A stretch of 64,000 nucleotides of DNA from positions 2,368,001-2,432,000 of the forward strand of contig OY764216.1 in the NCBI GenBank assembly GCA_963668315.1, written 5' to 3'. This document shows, piece after piece, positions 27,680 through 36,030 of this stretch. Numbering within the stretch: position 1 is the first letter of the stretch; every line of letters starts with the position of its first letter. The notes beneath the pieces were generated by a model that was given only the letters and a program-made list of their open reading frames with translations, was not told the origin of the DNA and did not search any database. The position numbers and the translations under genes are program-made. This stretch comes from Spirochaetia bacterium (GTDB taxonomy: Bacteria; Spirochaetota; Spirochaetia; DSM-2461).

Positions 27680-29416
27680 CTAATGGGAATTTCCTCGATT
27701 TTTCCTGGCGTAATCCTTTTTTCCGGCTGGTTTTGAGGACTTATACTCTTTTTTAGCCGGTTTGGAATCCAATTCCTTCACCTTAAGACGGCGTCCTTTA
27801 TAGCTTGATCTTTTCAAGCCGGATAGAAGGGGGCCCACCATGGAATTTTCCACATAGACGATGGAACTCGACGGTCCGATATTGATTTTTCCAATCCCGA
27901 TTTTATCACCCTTGCAGTGCCTGTTGATCAGGCCGATGATATCGGGGGGAATGATATTGTCCCGTTTTCCCACGCTGATGGAAACGGGAATAAATTCGCC
28001 CGGTTCATCTCTCCGGCTTTCCCGGGGCTCGGAACGGAATTCACCTTTGCGGTTATCTCTCCGATCACGATCACGATCACGATCACGTGAAGCGGGGGAG
28101 ACAAGATCCTTTTCCTTCCCATAATATTCCAGGAAGCGGTTGAACTCAAGAGAAATGAAACGATGGATAATCTCTTCCCTGCTCAGTCCGGCGAATTTTT
28201 CCTCCACCGCTTCCAGGTAGGGGCCGATCTGTTCTTCATCCACCCGTACTCCCACGGCCCTTTCGATAAGCAGCATCAGCTGGGATTCGCAGATATCACG
28301 TCCGGTGGGTACGTCCTTGAACTCAATATGACGGCCCAGAACTTTTTCGATCTTTCTTATCCGGTATTTTTCCTTCATATTGATGATCGCGTAGGAGCAG
28401 CCCTTATTACCCGCCCTGCCGGTACGTCCGCTTCTGTGATTGTAGACTTCTATCTCGTCGGGAAGGTCGAAGTGTATGACATGGGTCAGGTCGTTTACGT
28501 CCAGTCCCCGGGCGGCGATATCGGTGGCGACAAGCAGCTGAAGGCTTCTGTCACGGAACTTCTTCATGACGTATTCACGCTGATTCTGGGACAGATCGCC
28601 GTGAAGGGCGTCGGTAGGATAGCCCTCTTTTATCATTTTGTCGGCAATCTGCTGGCAGGCTACCCGGGTCCGGCAGAAAATGATGCCGTATATTCCGGGA
28701 TTTCCGTCCACAAGACGCTTCAGAGCCTTGTATTTGTCCTTGGCATGGACCATGTAGCAGCTGTGCTCAACATTGGGATTTCCCTTGTTTTTCTCACCCG
28801 CCGTGATCTCCGCCGGTTCTTTCATATACTCCCGGGCGATCCGGGCCACTTCGGCAGGCATGGTGGCCGAAAGGAGAAGAGACTGCCTTTCGGCGGGAGC
28901 CGCTTCCAGAATCGCGTCGAGCTCATCCTTGAAGCCCATGTTCAGCATGACATCAGCTTCGTCAAGGACGAGAAAACGCAGTTTATCCAGCTGTGCCGCT
29001 CCCTTTTTGATCAGGTCAAGAAGACGGCCCGGGGTGGCGATGATAATCTGAGAACCCTCCCTGAGCGCTTTCAGCTGGGGGGGGAACGGGGCGCCTCCGT
29101 AAACGGGAGTCAGCCTGACCCCTTTCATATAACGGGCGAACTTCTCCATCTCTCCGGCGATCTGCATACACAGTTCCCTGGTGGGGGACAGAATGAGTCC
29201 CTGGGTGAATTTTTCATTCTCGTTGATTAAGTTGAGCATGGGAAGGCCGAAGGCGGCGGTTTTTCCCGATCCGGTCTCGGCCAGTCCGATAAGATCTCCC
29301 TGATCGGACAGTATCCGGGGAATAACCTTCTCCTGGATGGGGGTCGGCGTTTCATAGCCCATGGCTTCTATTGCCTTGAGAAGCTCTTCTCTCAGGGCCA
29401 GTTCGTTAAATGTCAA
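27680..29416 (-). CDS. DEAD-box RNA helicase with C-terminal DbpA-type RNA-binding domain (DeaD/CsdA-like)
   Basis: PTPIQ, AETGSGKT, PTREL, LDEAD, SAT, ARGLD, HRSGRTGRAG; likely start is TTG 29416 after GGAGGAG. Confidence 0.93.
   Translation of the reverse strand: MTFNELALREELLKAIEAMGYETPTPIQEKVIPRILSDQGDLIGLAETGSGKTAAFGLPMLNLINENEKFTQGLILSPTRELCMQIAGEMEKFARYMKGVRLTPVYGGAPFPPQLKALREGSQIIIATPGRLLDLIKKGAAQLDKLRFLVLDEADVMLNMGFKDELDAILEAAPAERQSLLLSATMPAEVARIAREYMKEPAEITAGEKNKGNPNVEHSCYMVHAKDKYKALKRLVDGNPGIYGIIFCRTRVACQQIADKMIKEGYPTDALHGDLSQNQREYVMKKFRDRSLQLLVATDIAARGLDVNDLTHVIHFDLPDEIEVYNHRSGRTGRAGNKGCSYAIINMKEKYRIRKIEKVLGRHIEFKDVPTGRDICESQLMLLIERAVGVRVDEEQIGPYLEAVEEKFAGLSREEIIHRFISLEFNRFLEYYGKEKDLVSPASRDRDRDRDRRDNRKGEFRSEPRESRRDEPGEFIPVSISVGKRDNIIPPDIIGLINRHCKGDKIGIGKINIGPSSSIVYVENSMVGPLLSGLKRSSYKGRRLKVKELDSKPAKKEYKSSKPAGKKDYARKNRGNSH
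28062..28087. repeat. (CGATCA)4 tandem hexamer encoding RDRDRDRD in the helicase linker
   Basis: Directly visible perfect 6-bp tandem repeat. Confidence 0.9.
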
Positions 29417-29582
29417 ATGTGATTTCTCCTCCCCGGATAGGGTGCCGGATGGTGTAATTAATTCGGACACCGGGGTACATGTTTTTATCGGTCCGAAAGG
29501 ATAGGCGGACCTTGTTTGATTAAATATCCGCTGCATATTAAGTTAAAGATTCATCCCTGTCAAGGAGGGCAGGCTGGAAAAG

Positions 29583-30362
29583 CTAAAATATGATGCCTCC
29601 TTCCATGGTGACCCTTACGAATCCCTGGGCCCCGAAGTAGTCGTTTTCGAATCCCTCTCCCGTCTCTCCGGAGAAGAGATAGGCTTCCGGATTAAGCTGA
29701 AGTCCCAGGCGCAGGTGATCCGTATGGAGCAGGTCCACTCCCGCGCAGACACCCAGGGAAAGTCCCCCCACCGTATCGCTGAATATGGTGTCGCCTCCGG
29801 CGGTGAGGGGATTCTCGAAGGACCAGGTCATATAAATCCCCCCTATGCGGGCTCCGGCGTAGGGAGAGAAAAATGTCATTCCCCGAAACGGATATAACCG
29901 CCCCTCAAGCCCCGCATTCAGGAGAAGCGCGCTCTGGCCTATGGACAGATAGACCGGGTGGTGCTTATCCGTCTCCAGTGAGTGAATTCCGCCGTAGACC
30001 AGCAAATCCACCAGGCCCTCTCCTTCAAAGCCCAGGGCAATCTCCAGTCCTCTTTGACGGGAAAAGTAGGGGGAGCCCCCCAGACTGTCGCCGTAGCGAA
30101 GTGCCAGCTCCAGGGGGCCGTTATAGGGATCTCCGGCCGTGTCGCCCGTATAGGGGTCATCGTTATCGGGGTAGTAATCGTCGTCATCGTCCCTTTCCCA
30201 CCAGGGATCGGGATCATCGGGGACTTCCCGGCTGCCTTCGTGGTCGTCCCGGGCTTTGTCCATGGCATCGGAGAGGCTCCCCCTGCTGCGGGGGGAACCG
30301 GTTGTGCACCCGGTCAGACCGAGCAGGCTTATGGTTAAGCAGAGGCATATCACTCTTTTCAT
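29583..30362 (-). CDS. Lipoprotein with Asp-rich linker and beta-barrel-like C-terminal domain
   Basis: MKRVICLCLTISLLGLTGC lipobox; DDDDDYYPDNDDP linker; alternating beta-strand pattern ending in GGIIF. TTGTAT-N18-TATAAT ends 6 nt before the ATG. Confidence 0.75.
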   Translation of the reverse strand: MKRVICLCLTISLLGLTGCTTGSPRSRGSLSDAMDKARDDHEGSREVPDDPDPWWERDDDDDYYPDNDDPYTGDTAGDPYNGPLELALRYGDSLGGSPYFSRQRGLEIALGFEGEGLVDLLVYGGIHSLETDKHHPVYLSIGQSALLLNAGLEGRLYPFRGMTFFSPYAGARIGGIYMTWSFENPLTAGGDTIFSDTVGGLSLGVCAGVDLLHTDHLRLGLQLNPEAYLFSGETGEGFENDYFGAQGFVRVTMEGGIIF

Positions 30363-30411
30363 ATAACTATTATAGTTCACGGGAGGGTTAAAATACAAAA
30401 AAACGTAGAGT

Positions 30412-30428
30412 GGGACATTATATGTCCC
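30412..30428. promoter_or_regulatory. Perfect palindrome between divergent genes, candidate operator
   Basis: GGGACAT-TAT-ATGTCCC. Confidence 0.4.
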
Positions 30429-30504
30429 TCCCCCTGTCCTATCCTGTATGCGAAGCGGGGAAGGGAATCCGGAAGGGCCGCCCCGCCTCATAAGGAGGAC
30501 AGAT

Positions 30505-30690
30505 ATGATCTGGCAGAATATCATCAATCACATTCTCGCGCTTTTCTCTCTGGCTGTTCTGGGATTTACCCTGCCGGCCCTTGTCGTTTCCATCGGGCAG
30601 CTCTGGAGGAAGGAGAGCGGGATTAAAGGACAAAAAGGGAAAAAACCGCCAGTTCCCGGGGATCGGACGCCCGGTAGTTTACCGTCGTAG
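30505..30690 (+). CDS. Putative small single-pass membrane protein (61 aa)
   Basis: Perfect TAAGGAGG SD 6 nt before ATG 30505; MIWQNIINHILALFSLAVLGFTLPALVVSIGQLWRK followed by a basic tail; overlaps the dppA 3' end. Confidence 0.5.
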   Translation: MIWQNIINHILALFSLAVLGFTLPALVVSIGQLWRKESGIKGQKGKKPPVPGDRTPGSLPS

Positions 30691-31417
30691 GATCGGTCAG
30701 AGTCGCTCCGGGGAAATGGGACATACGGAAAGCTTTGAAATGGTCACGGAAAGTCACATCCACATTCACGGGGAACTCCGGTTTGAAGCGGATGGACTTT
30801 CTGTTCTCCACGGCAGACCGGGCGGACTCTTCTATCAGGGCGACCGCCTTGTCGGGGTGCATATTGAATGTCGCTCCGCCCACGCCTTTCTTCACGGCGA
30901 CCGTGGCGATATTCTCCACAAAATCGGCGGCATTGCGGCATTGCAGATGATCGCTCGATATAAAGAGGGGAGGCACGCTGTAGCCGGAGGCGATGAGGGC
31001 ATGGAGTTCGAACTCCCCGGCCGGCCGGCCGTTTATCCTGACCGTGTAGGGCTGTGTGGTCATGGTGTGGGAGAGGGGATTGCCTTCAAGGCCGCTTCCC
31101 GAGTGGTAGCCCACGAACATGATGCCGTCGAAGCTCTCATCCAGACCGGAGATCATAATGTCCGGATCGCCCGTCCAGCCCCGGATGAGAGTCGCCTCCC
31201 GGGGAAGATCTTCGGGAATGATATTTCTGCCCGAGGAGTGGGCGTCCTTGACGAAAATCTCCGTGGCGCCTCCCGCCAGGGCTCCCCGGCAGCAGGCGGC
31301 CGTTTCCCTTGTCATCTGACGGGCGAAGGGTGAGTAGTCGGCCTTGCCCTTTTCCGTTTCATCCCAGTGGGTGACGCCTGTCACCCCTTCTATGTCGGCG
31401 CTGATAAAAATTTTCAC
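30623..31417 (-). CDS. dppA: D-aminopeptidase, peptidase family M55
   Basis: MKIFISADIEG, VKDAH, FVGYH, LSHT. Confidence 0.9.
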   Translation of the reverse strand: MKIFISADIEGVTGVTHWDETEKGKADYSPFARQMTRETAACCRGALAGGATEIFVKDAHSSGRNIIPEDLPREATLIRGWTGDPDIMISGLDESFDGIMFVGYHSGSGLEGNPLSHTMTTQPYTVRINGRPAGEFELHALIASGYSVPPLFISSDHLQCRNAADFVENIATVAVKKGVGGATFNMHPDKAVALIEESARSAVENRKSIRFKPEFPVNVDVTFRDHFKAFRMSHFPGATLTDPTTVNYRASDPRELAVFSLFVL

Positions 31418-31422
31418 GATGA

Positions 31423-32361
31423 TTACTCCCGGTTATGATTTTCTATGATTTCCAGAGTGCGAAGTGTGCTGTTCATCCGGCATTGCACCCCGTAGGGCAG
31501 GGCCATCTGATTGTTGACATGGCCGAAGGAGACGTTCATGAGAACCGGTTTTCCCTCCGGTGCGATGATCTCCCGGAAAATTTCTTCCAGTGTCAGGGAA
31601 TAATCGGGATTATTCGGTTCGCACCGGGTCCACGTCCCGAGAAGTACTCCCCGGCAGCGGCGGAATTTTCCGGCCAGCCTCAGAGCCGTCAGCATGCGGT
31701 CTATCCGGTAGGGCTCCTCATCGATGTCTTCGATAAAGAAGATACGGTCTTTTGTCTCAACTTCGTAGGGAGAGCCCAGAGTGGCGGCCAGCAGACTCAG
31801 GTTGCCCCCGGTGAGCGGACCCTCCGCTGATCCCGGGACAAGTGAGACCGGTTCAATGCCGGGAGGATTCACTCTCCGGCCGAGGGGATTCGGGGAAAAC
31901 AGGATCTCCTCGGCGGCTCGGTCGGCATAGGCGTCGGCGGGGGAAATTCCCATGGGGCCATGATAGGTCACCAGGCCGCATTTCTGGTGGAGGGCGATAT
32001 GCAGGGCGGTGATATCGCTGTATCCCAGGAAAACCTTGGGGTTGGCGCGGATCAACTCGTAATCGATCCTGTCAAGAAGACGGGGTGTCCCGTAGCCGCC
32101 CCGCAGGCAGATGATACCCTTGTAGCGGCTGTCGGAGAAGGCCTTATGGAGGTCGGCCAGGCGCAGGTTATCCGTGCCGGAGAGGTAACCGTGGCGGGAA
32201 CGGCAGCTCTCCAGAAACTCCGGCACCAGCCCCCAGGAGCGGATTTTTCTATCAGCCCCGTCCAGGGTGCCCGACAAGTCTGATTTTACTGCGGCTGAGG
32301 GGGCTATCACCGCGACGGTATCCCCTTTTTTCAAGGGCCGGGGTTTAATGAGAGTCTCCAC
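31423..32361 (-). CDS. ldcA: LD-carboxypeptidase, peptidase family S66
   Basis: RGGYG, GYSDIT (Ser), GGNLS, FIEDIDE (Glu), FGH (His). Confidence 0.9.
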   Translation of the reverse strand: METLIKPRPLKKGDTVAVIAPSAAVKSDLSGTLDGADRKIRSWGLVPEFLESCRSRHGYLSGTDNLRLADLHKAFSDSRYKGIICLRGGYGTPRLLDRIDYELIRANPKVFLGYSDITALHIALHQKCGLVTYHGPMGISPADAYADRAAEEILFSPNPLGRRVNPPGIEPVSLVPGSAEGPLTGGNLSLLAATLGSPYEVETKDRIFFIEDIDEEPYRIDRMLTALRLAGKFRRCRGVLLGTWTRCEPNNPDYSLTLEEIFREIIAPEGKPVLMNVSFGHVNNQMALPYGVQCRMNSTLRTLEIIENHNRE

Positions 32362-32367
32362 GGCTTT

Positions 32368-34371
32368 TTAGAACTGGCTGGGGTGCTTGGGAAAGAAGTC
32401 CACCCGGGGTTCGAGGAACTTGAGCTTATGGTTTTCCCCGTCCTCCACAAAGGAGTAGACCGGCTCGAAGCAGTGCTCCCAGTTAAAGAAGTCCTCCGAG
32501 GCTCCCAGGTATTCCCGCACCATCTCCGTTCCCGTGGGGGCGATGGGGTGCAGCATGAGAACCGCCGTTCTGACCATGTGGAAAACATTGACCAGTATCG
32601 GGCCTATCTCATCGGCTTCCATTTCGTTCTGCACATTCTTCGCCCAGTATTTACTGACAGACCGAACATACTTGTCCAGAACCGACATGGCCCGGTGGAA
32701 CTCCTGGCGGTGCATGGTAATCTCCCACTCCATGATGGCCTGATCCGCCTCATCCTTCACTTCCTGATCAATCTCGCCGAAGGGCAGATTTCCGTCGAAG
32801 TATTTCTGGGCCGTGTAGAAACAGGATCGGCAGAGACGGTTCATCACGTTGCTCAGAAGGTTTCCCTCCTTGAGAACCGGATCGGCATCCTTGGGCTGGG
32901 CGTCCGGATTAAAAGGCTTGGGCCGGAAGCTGATGGGGCGCATGCCCAGGCCCAGGGAAAAGAAATGGGCCCTGAGCTGTTCCGGGGTGTAGTAATCGAG
33001 CAGATCCATGGCCATGATCGGTTTTTCCTCTCCCGAGGAGGAGACCTTTTTGTCTCCCTGGAGCAGGTGGCAGTTGGCCACAAGGCGGGGAAGCTGCAGC
33101 TCCCCTTCGGCCGGATCGGCATGGGGCGTCTTCGACTCGAAGCCCATGAAAATGGACATCTCCGCCAGGGAGTAGAAATAAATATTATCCTCGCCGATAA
33201 ACTGGTAGACTCCGGCGTCCTTGCTGGACCACCAATTCTTCCACTCCTCCTTGTCCTTTCCCAGAGATTCCAGGTAGGTGGAGGTGAAGGAGATAGGCGT
33301 CCAGAGCGATTCGGGCCAGACCCAGAAAGTCAGATCCTTCAGATCCTCCAGGTCGGGGGCGGGAAGACTCCAGTCCACGTTACCGGTCATTCTAAAGGGG
33401 GTCAGGGTCTTTCCGGCGCGGAAGCGGATATCCGTCTTGTTCAGAATCTCCGCCGCCTGCTCCCGCTCTTCCAGATTCCGGAATTCCAGGATAATCGACT
33501 TCTTATCCTCCCGCACCTCATGGGGAATCCCCAGGTCCACCTTCTTCAGGTCCTCCTCGAAGTCCTGCATGACGTAAAGCACGGGCGGTTCAAGGAACTC
33601 CTTGACCGTGGAAATCACATTTTTCCGGTAGCCGGGAATATCGGAAAGGGAGTCGGCCCACTCGGTCAGCTCCTTGCGGAAGGCGGGCAGGTCTATATAC
33701 CAGTTGCTCACCTCGCGCATCTCAGGCGTTTCCCCGGTGAGGGAACTCTTGGGGTTGATCAGATCCTTGGGCTCGTAGGGATGGCCCAGATCGCACTCGT
33801 CGGCATAGCCCTTCTCGGAGCGGCAGCCCGGCACGGGACACTTTCCCACCACCTGGCGGCCGTTCAGATAGGCGCCCAGCTTGGCGTCGTAAAACTGGGG
33901 GGAACTGATCTTTTTCAGGTGCCCCTTTTCGTAAAGGCCCTTCAGAATCCGGGCGCCCAGCTCCTTGTGAACCTCTCCCGCCCGGCCGAAGGCGGAAGTC
34001 CCGTACAGATTAGGGGAAACGGAGTAGGCCTCCAGAATCTCCTTCTGGATCTTATGGTTGGACATGACGAAATCCTCGATGGACCCCTCAATCGTCCCGG
34101 CTTCCTTGCCCTTGCGGTAATACTCCACGATGGGCGAGCCGTAACAGTCGGTACCGGAAACGAAAATCACATTGTCCTTCCCGATCCTGTCCCGCATGAA
34201 ACGGGCGAAAATATCCGCATGAACGAATACGCCGCCTATATGTCCCAGATGGAGAGACTTGTTCCCGTAAGGCATTCCTCCGGTAATCACGGCCCGCTGA
34301 GGGAAAGTCGGCCTTGTCTCTTTTGTCGGTTTCGCCGGTCCGTAATTGTTCTGATTATTGCCCTTGCTCAT
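32368..34371 (-). CDS. metG: Methionine--tRNA ligase, atypical form
   Basis: PYGNKSLHLGH (HIGH), VSGTDCYG, Zn-knuckle GKCPVPGC...ADEC, IGEDNIYFY, anticodon-binding helices; KVSSS in place of KMSKS; ATG 34371 with AAGGAG SD. Confidence 0.85.
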   Translation of the reverse strand: MSKGNNQNNYGPAKPTKETRPTFPQRAVITGGMPYGNKSLHLGHIGGVFVHADIFARFMRDRIGKDNVIFVSGTDCYGSPIVEYYRKGKEAGTIEGSIEDFVMSNHKIQKEILEAYSVSPNLYGTSAFGRAGEVHKELGARILKGLYEKGHLKKISSPQFYDAKLGAYLNGRQVVGKCPVPGCRSEKGYADECDLGHPYEPKDLINPKSSLTGETPEMREVSNWYIDLPAFRKELTEWADSLSDIPGYRKNVISTVKEFLEPPVLYVMQDFEEDLKKVDLGIPHEVREDKKSIILEFRNLEEREQAAEILNKTDIRFRAGKTLTPFRMTGNVDWSLPAPDLEDLKDLTFWVWPESLWTPISFTSTYLESLGKDKEEWKNWWSSKDAGVYQFIGEDNIYFYSLAEMSIFMGFESKTPHADPAEGELQLPRLVANCHLLQGDKKVSSSGEEKPIMAMDLLDYYTPEQLRAHFFSLGLGMRPISFRPKPFNPDAQPKDADPVLKEGNLLSNVMNRLCRSCFYTAQKYFDGNLPFGEIDQEVKDEADQAIMEWEITMHRQEFHRAMSVLDKYVRSVSKYWAKNVQNEMEADEIGPILVNVFHMVRTAVLMLHPIAPTGTEMVREYLGASEDFFNWEHCFEPVYSFVEDGENHKLKFLEPRVDFFPKHPSQF

Positions 34372-34475
34372 CGGTCTCTCCTTATCAAAATTACATAAAG
34401 TAAGTAAAACCATAAGATATCAGATGAGGTTGTTTAAGGCCATAGGGAGGGGAAGGAAATTAGTAAAAAAAGTAA

Positions 34476-34607
34476 GGGGCGGGGGGAGCTCCCGCTCCGC
34501 GGCAGCCGGGCTGTCCGCTCGAACGGGCTCCTCCCGGCGGCTTTTCCGGTTTTCCCTCCGGTCAACCCGGCCCCCGGGGCCCGTAACCGCTCCCATCCCT
34601 CTCCCGT
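34476..34607. repeat. GC-rich intergenic REP-like structured element
   Basis: GGGCTGTCCGCTC...CCGCTCCCATCCCT with nested inverted repeats; single copy in the window. Confidence 0.4.
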
Positions 34608-34643
34608 CTCGGCGCTATGGGCAGAAGACTGGCCATTACACGC

Positions 34644-34672
34644 AAAAAAAACCGCCCCCGGAGGAGCGGCTT
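34644..34672 (-). terminator. Rho-independent terminator of the OMP gene
   Basis: AAGCCGCTCCTCCGGGGGCGGTTTTTTTT on the minus strand. Confidence 0.8.
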
Positions 34673-34706
34673 ATATTACCTGCGTAGGACGCGGGTAGGG
34701 TGTCTT

Positions 34707-35720
34707 CTAGTAGAAGTCGTAGAAGAGTTTGAGCTTGAAGGTGAACATGGATCTCTTATCGGCATTCTTACCCATGAGAGGGATATCATAGTTAGCTGCC
34801 ACTTCAAAAGGTATGCCTCCCGTATAGAAGAAGGAGAGCCCGGGGTTGATGGAGAATGAGTATGAATCATCATCCTGGCCTACGCCTTCCACGGTTGTTT
34901 CGCCTTTCATGCTGTATTTAACAGGCAAGCCGAAGCCCATGCTTCCCGTTTTGCTTAAGGTCAGATCGTAATGGGGTTCCAATTCGAAATCCAAGTAGAT
35001 AGGGTATTCATATTCATGTTTTACGGTTGCGGCTTCTGCTGCCGCAACTGCAACATTTAAAGGCTGTCCTAAAGTGTTGACGTAGTAACTAACAGTTCCG
35101 GCGTAGGTTGCCCCAGCTCCATCGTCATATCTTTCGTTGGGGAGATAATACTTTGTCTGATTATAAAGATTTACATAGAAATCTTTGTTGATCTGATAGT
35201 CAAAATAGAATCTGCCTCCAAAACCTAAGCTTTCGGTTTCACTTTGTGAAGCCAATCTGAAATCATCACCCGCCAGGGCATTTCTGCCTTCTTCAAGTCC
35301 ATCAAGGGAATCGGCAGGAATAATTACGCCTGGAGCAAAGGCAAAGCGCATATCATCAGTCTTTAATACCTGTATCTTGGCCCCGACGAAAAAATCTGAT
35401 ATTCCAGTGAATATCAACTGGTCATTCAATGCTGCCAAAGCATCATTGGTATAATCATCTGCCAGCATTACGCCCGGTACCCACTGGACAGCGGCTGAAA
35501 TTTTATCTGTTATACCGAATTCAACAGCTGCCCCGAAATTATCAAAGAAATATTCTGTAGAATCTTGGGCTTCCCCATCATCATCATATGCCTGATCTGC
35601 AGTCAGGATTAAGTTAGCCAAAGTTAATCTCATTACACCGGAAGGCAGAACTTTTGCATCGTCAGCGAAAGCCGCAAAAGTTAGTGAAGCAAGTAAGACA
35701 GAAATAAGAATTTTCTTCAT
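34707..35720 (-). CDS. Putative outer-membrane beta-barrel protein
   Basis: Sec signal MKKILISVLLASLTFAAFA; amphipathic beta strands; aromatic C-terminus FTFKLKLFYDFY; AAAGGAG SD; own terminator. Confidence 0.8.
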   Translation of the reverse strand: MKKILISVLLASLTFAAFADDAKVLPSGVMRLTLANLILTADQAYDDDGEAQDSTEYFFDNFGAAVEFGITDKISAAVQWVPGVMLADDYTNDALAALNDQLIFTGISDFFVGAKIQVLKTDDMRFAFAPGVIIPADSLDGLEEGRNALAGDDFRLASQSETESLGFGGRFYFDYQINKDFYVNLYNQTKYYLPNERYDDGAGATYAGTVSYYVNTLGQPLNVAVAAAEAATVKHEYEYPIYLDFELEPHYDLTLSKTGSMGFGLPVKYSMKGETTVEGVGQDDDSYSFSINPGLSFFYTGGIPFEVAANYDIPLMGKNADKRSMFTFKLKLFYDFY

Positions 35721-35965
35721 GTATATCTCCTTTTTAAAAATCCTTATAGTCAGATTAGATTCTTGAATGGATAGTTGTCAATTGAAAATTGTGTAAATGA
35801 TGGTCAAAAATGAATAATAAGATGGAAAAAGTGTTAGAAATGAAGAAAAATGCAATATGCACATAATGTGTAAAATATGCTTTGTATATGTATATTATAT
35901 ACAAGAAGTTACGGTGATGCTTTTTTTGTGCATGATGGTTATGTAAATATGATTGCATATTTTGC

Positions 35966-36009
35966 AAAAAAAAGCCCTTTGGAATATTGTCTATTCCAAA
36001 GGGCTTTTT
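35966..36009 (-). terminator. Rho-independent terminator of the MCP gene (bidirectional geometry)
   Basis: AAAAAGCCCTTTGGAATA-TTGTC-TATTCCAAAGGGCTTTTT perfect inverted repeat. Confidence 0.9.
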
Positions 36010-36030
36010 GCTAGGATAATGTGTAAATGT

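Noticed and set aside
28062..28087. Hexamer tandem repeat as a phase-variation switch
   Set aside because: Unit length is a multiple of three and lies in a low-complexity linker, so slippage would not shift the frame.
30455..30490. Cobalamin riboswitch
   Set aside because: Only AAGGGAATCCGG and GCCCCGC match; the GGTG-AA-TCC hairpin, ACTGT and the B12 box are absent, and there is no B12 gene downstream.
32383..34398. 671-aa ORF antisense to almost all of metG (tempting as Rodin-Ohno sense/antisense coding)
   Set aside because: In codon register with metG and explained by avoidance of TTA/CTA/TCA codons in a GC-rich gene; no class II synthetase motifs; similar shadows occur over greA, recD and the GH31 genes.
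35755..35967. 70-aa His-rich minus-strand ORF
   Set aside because: AT-rich promoter region starting inside a terminator; no SD; composition reflects base bias.
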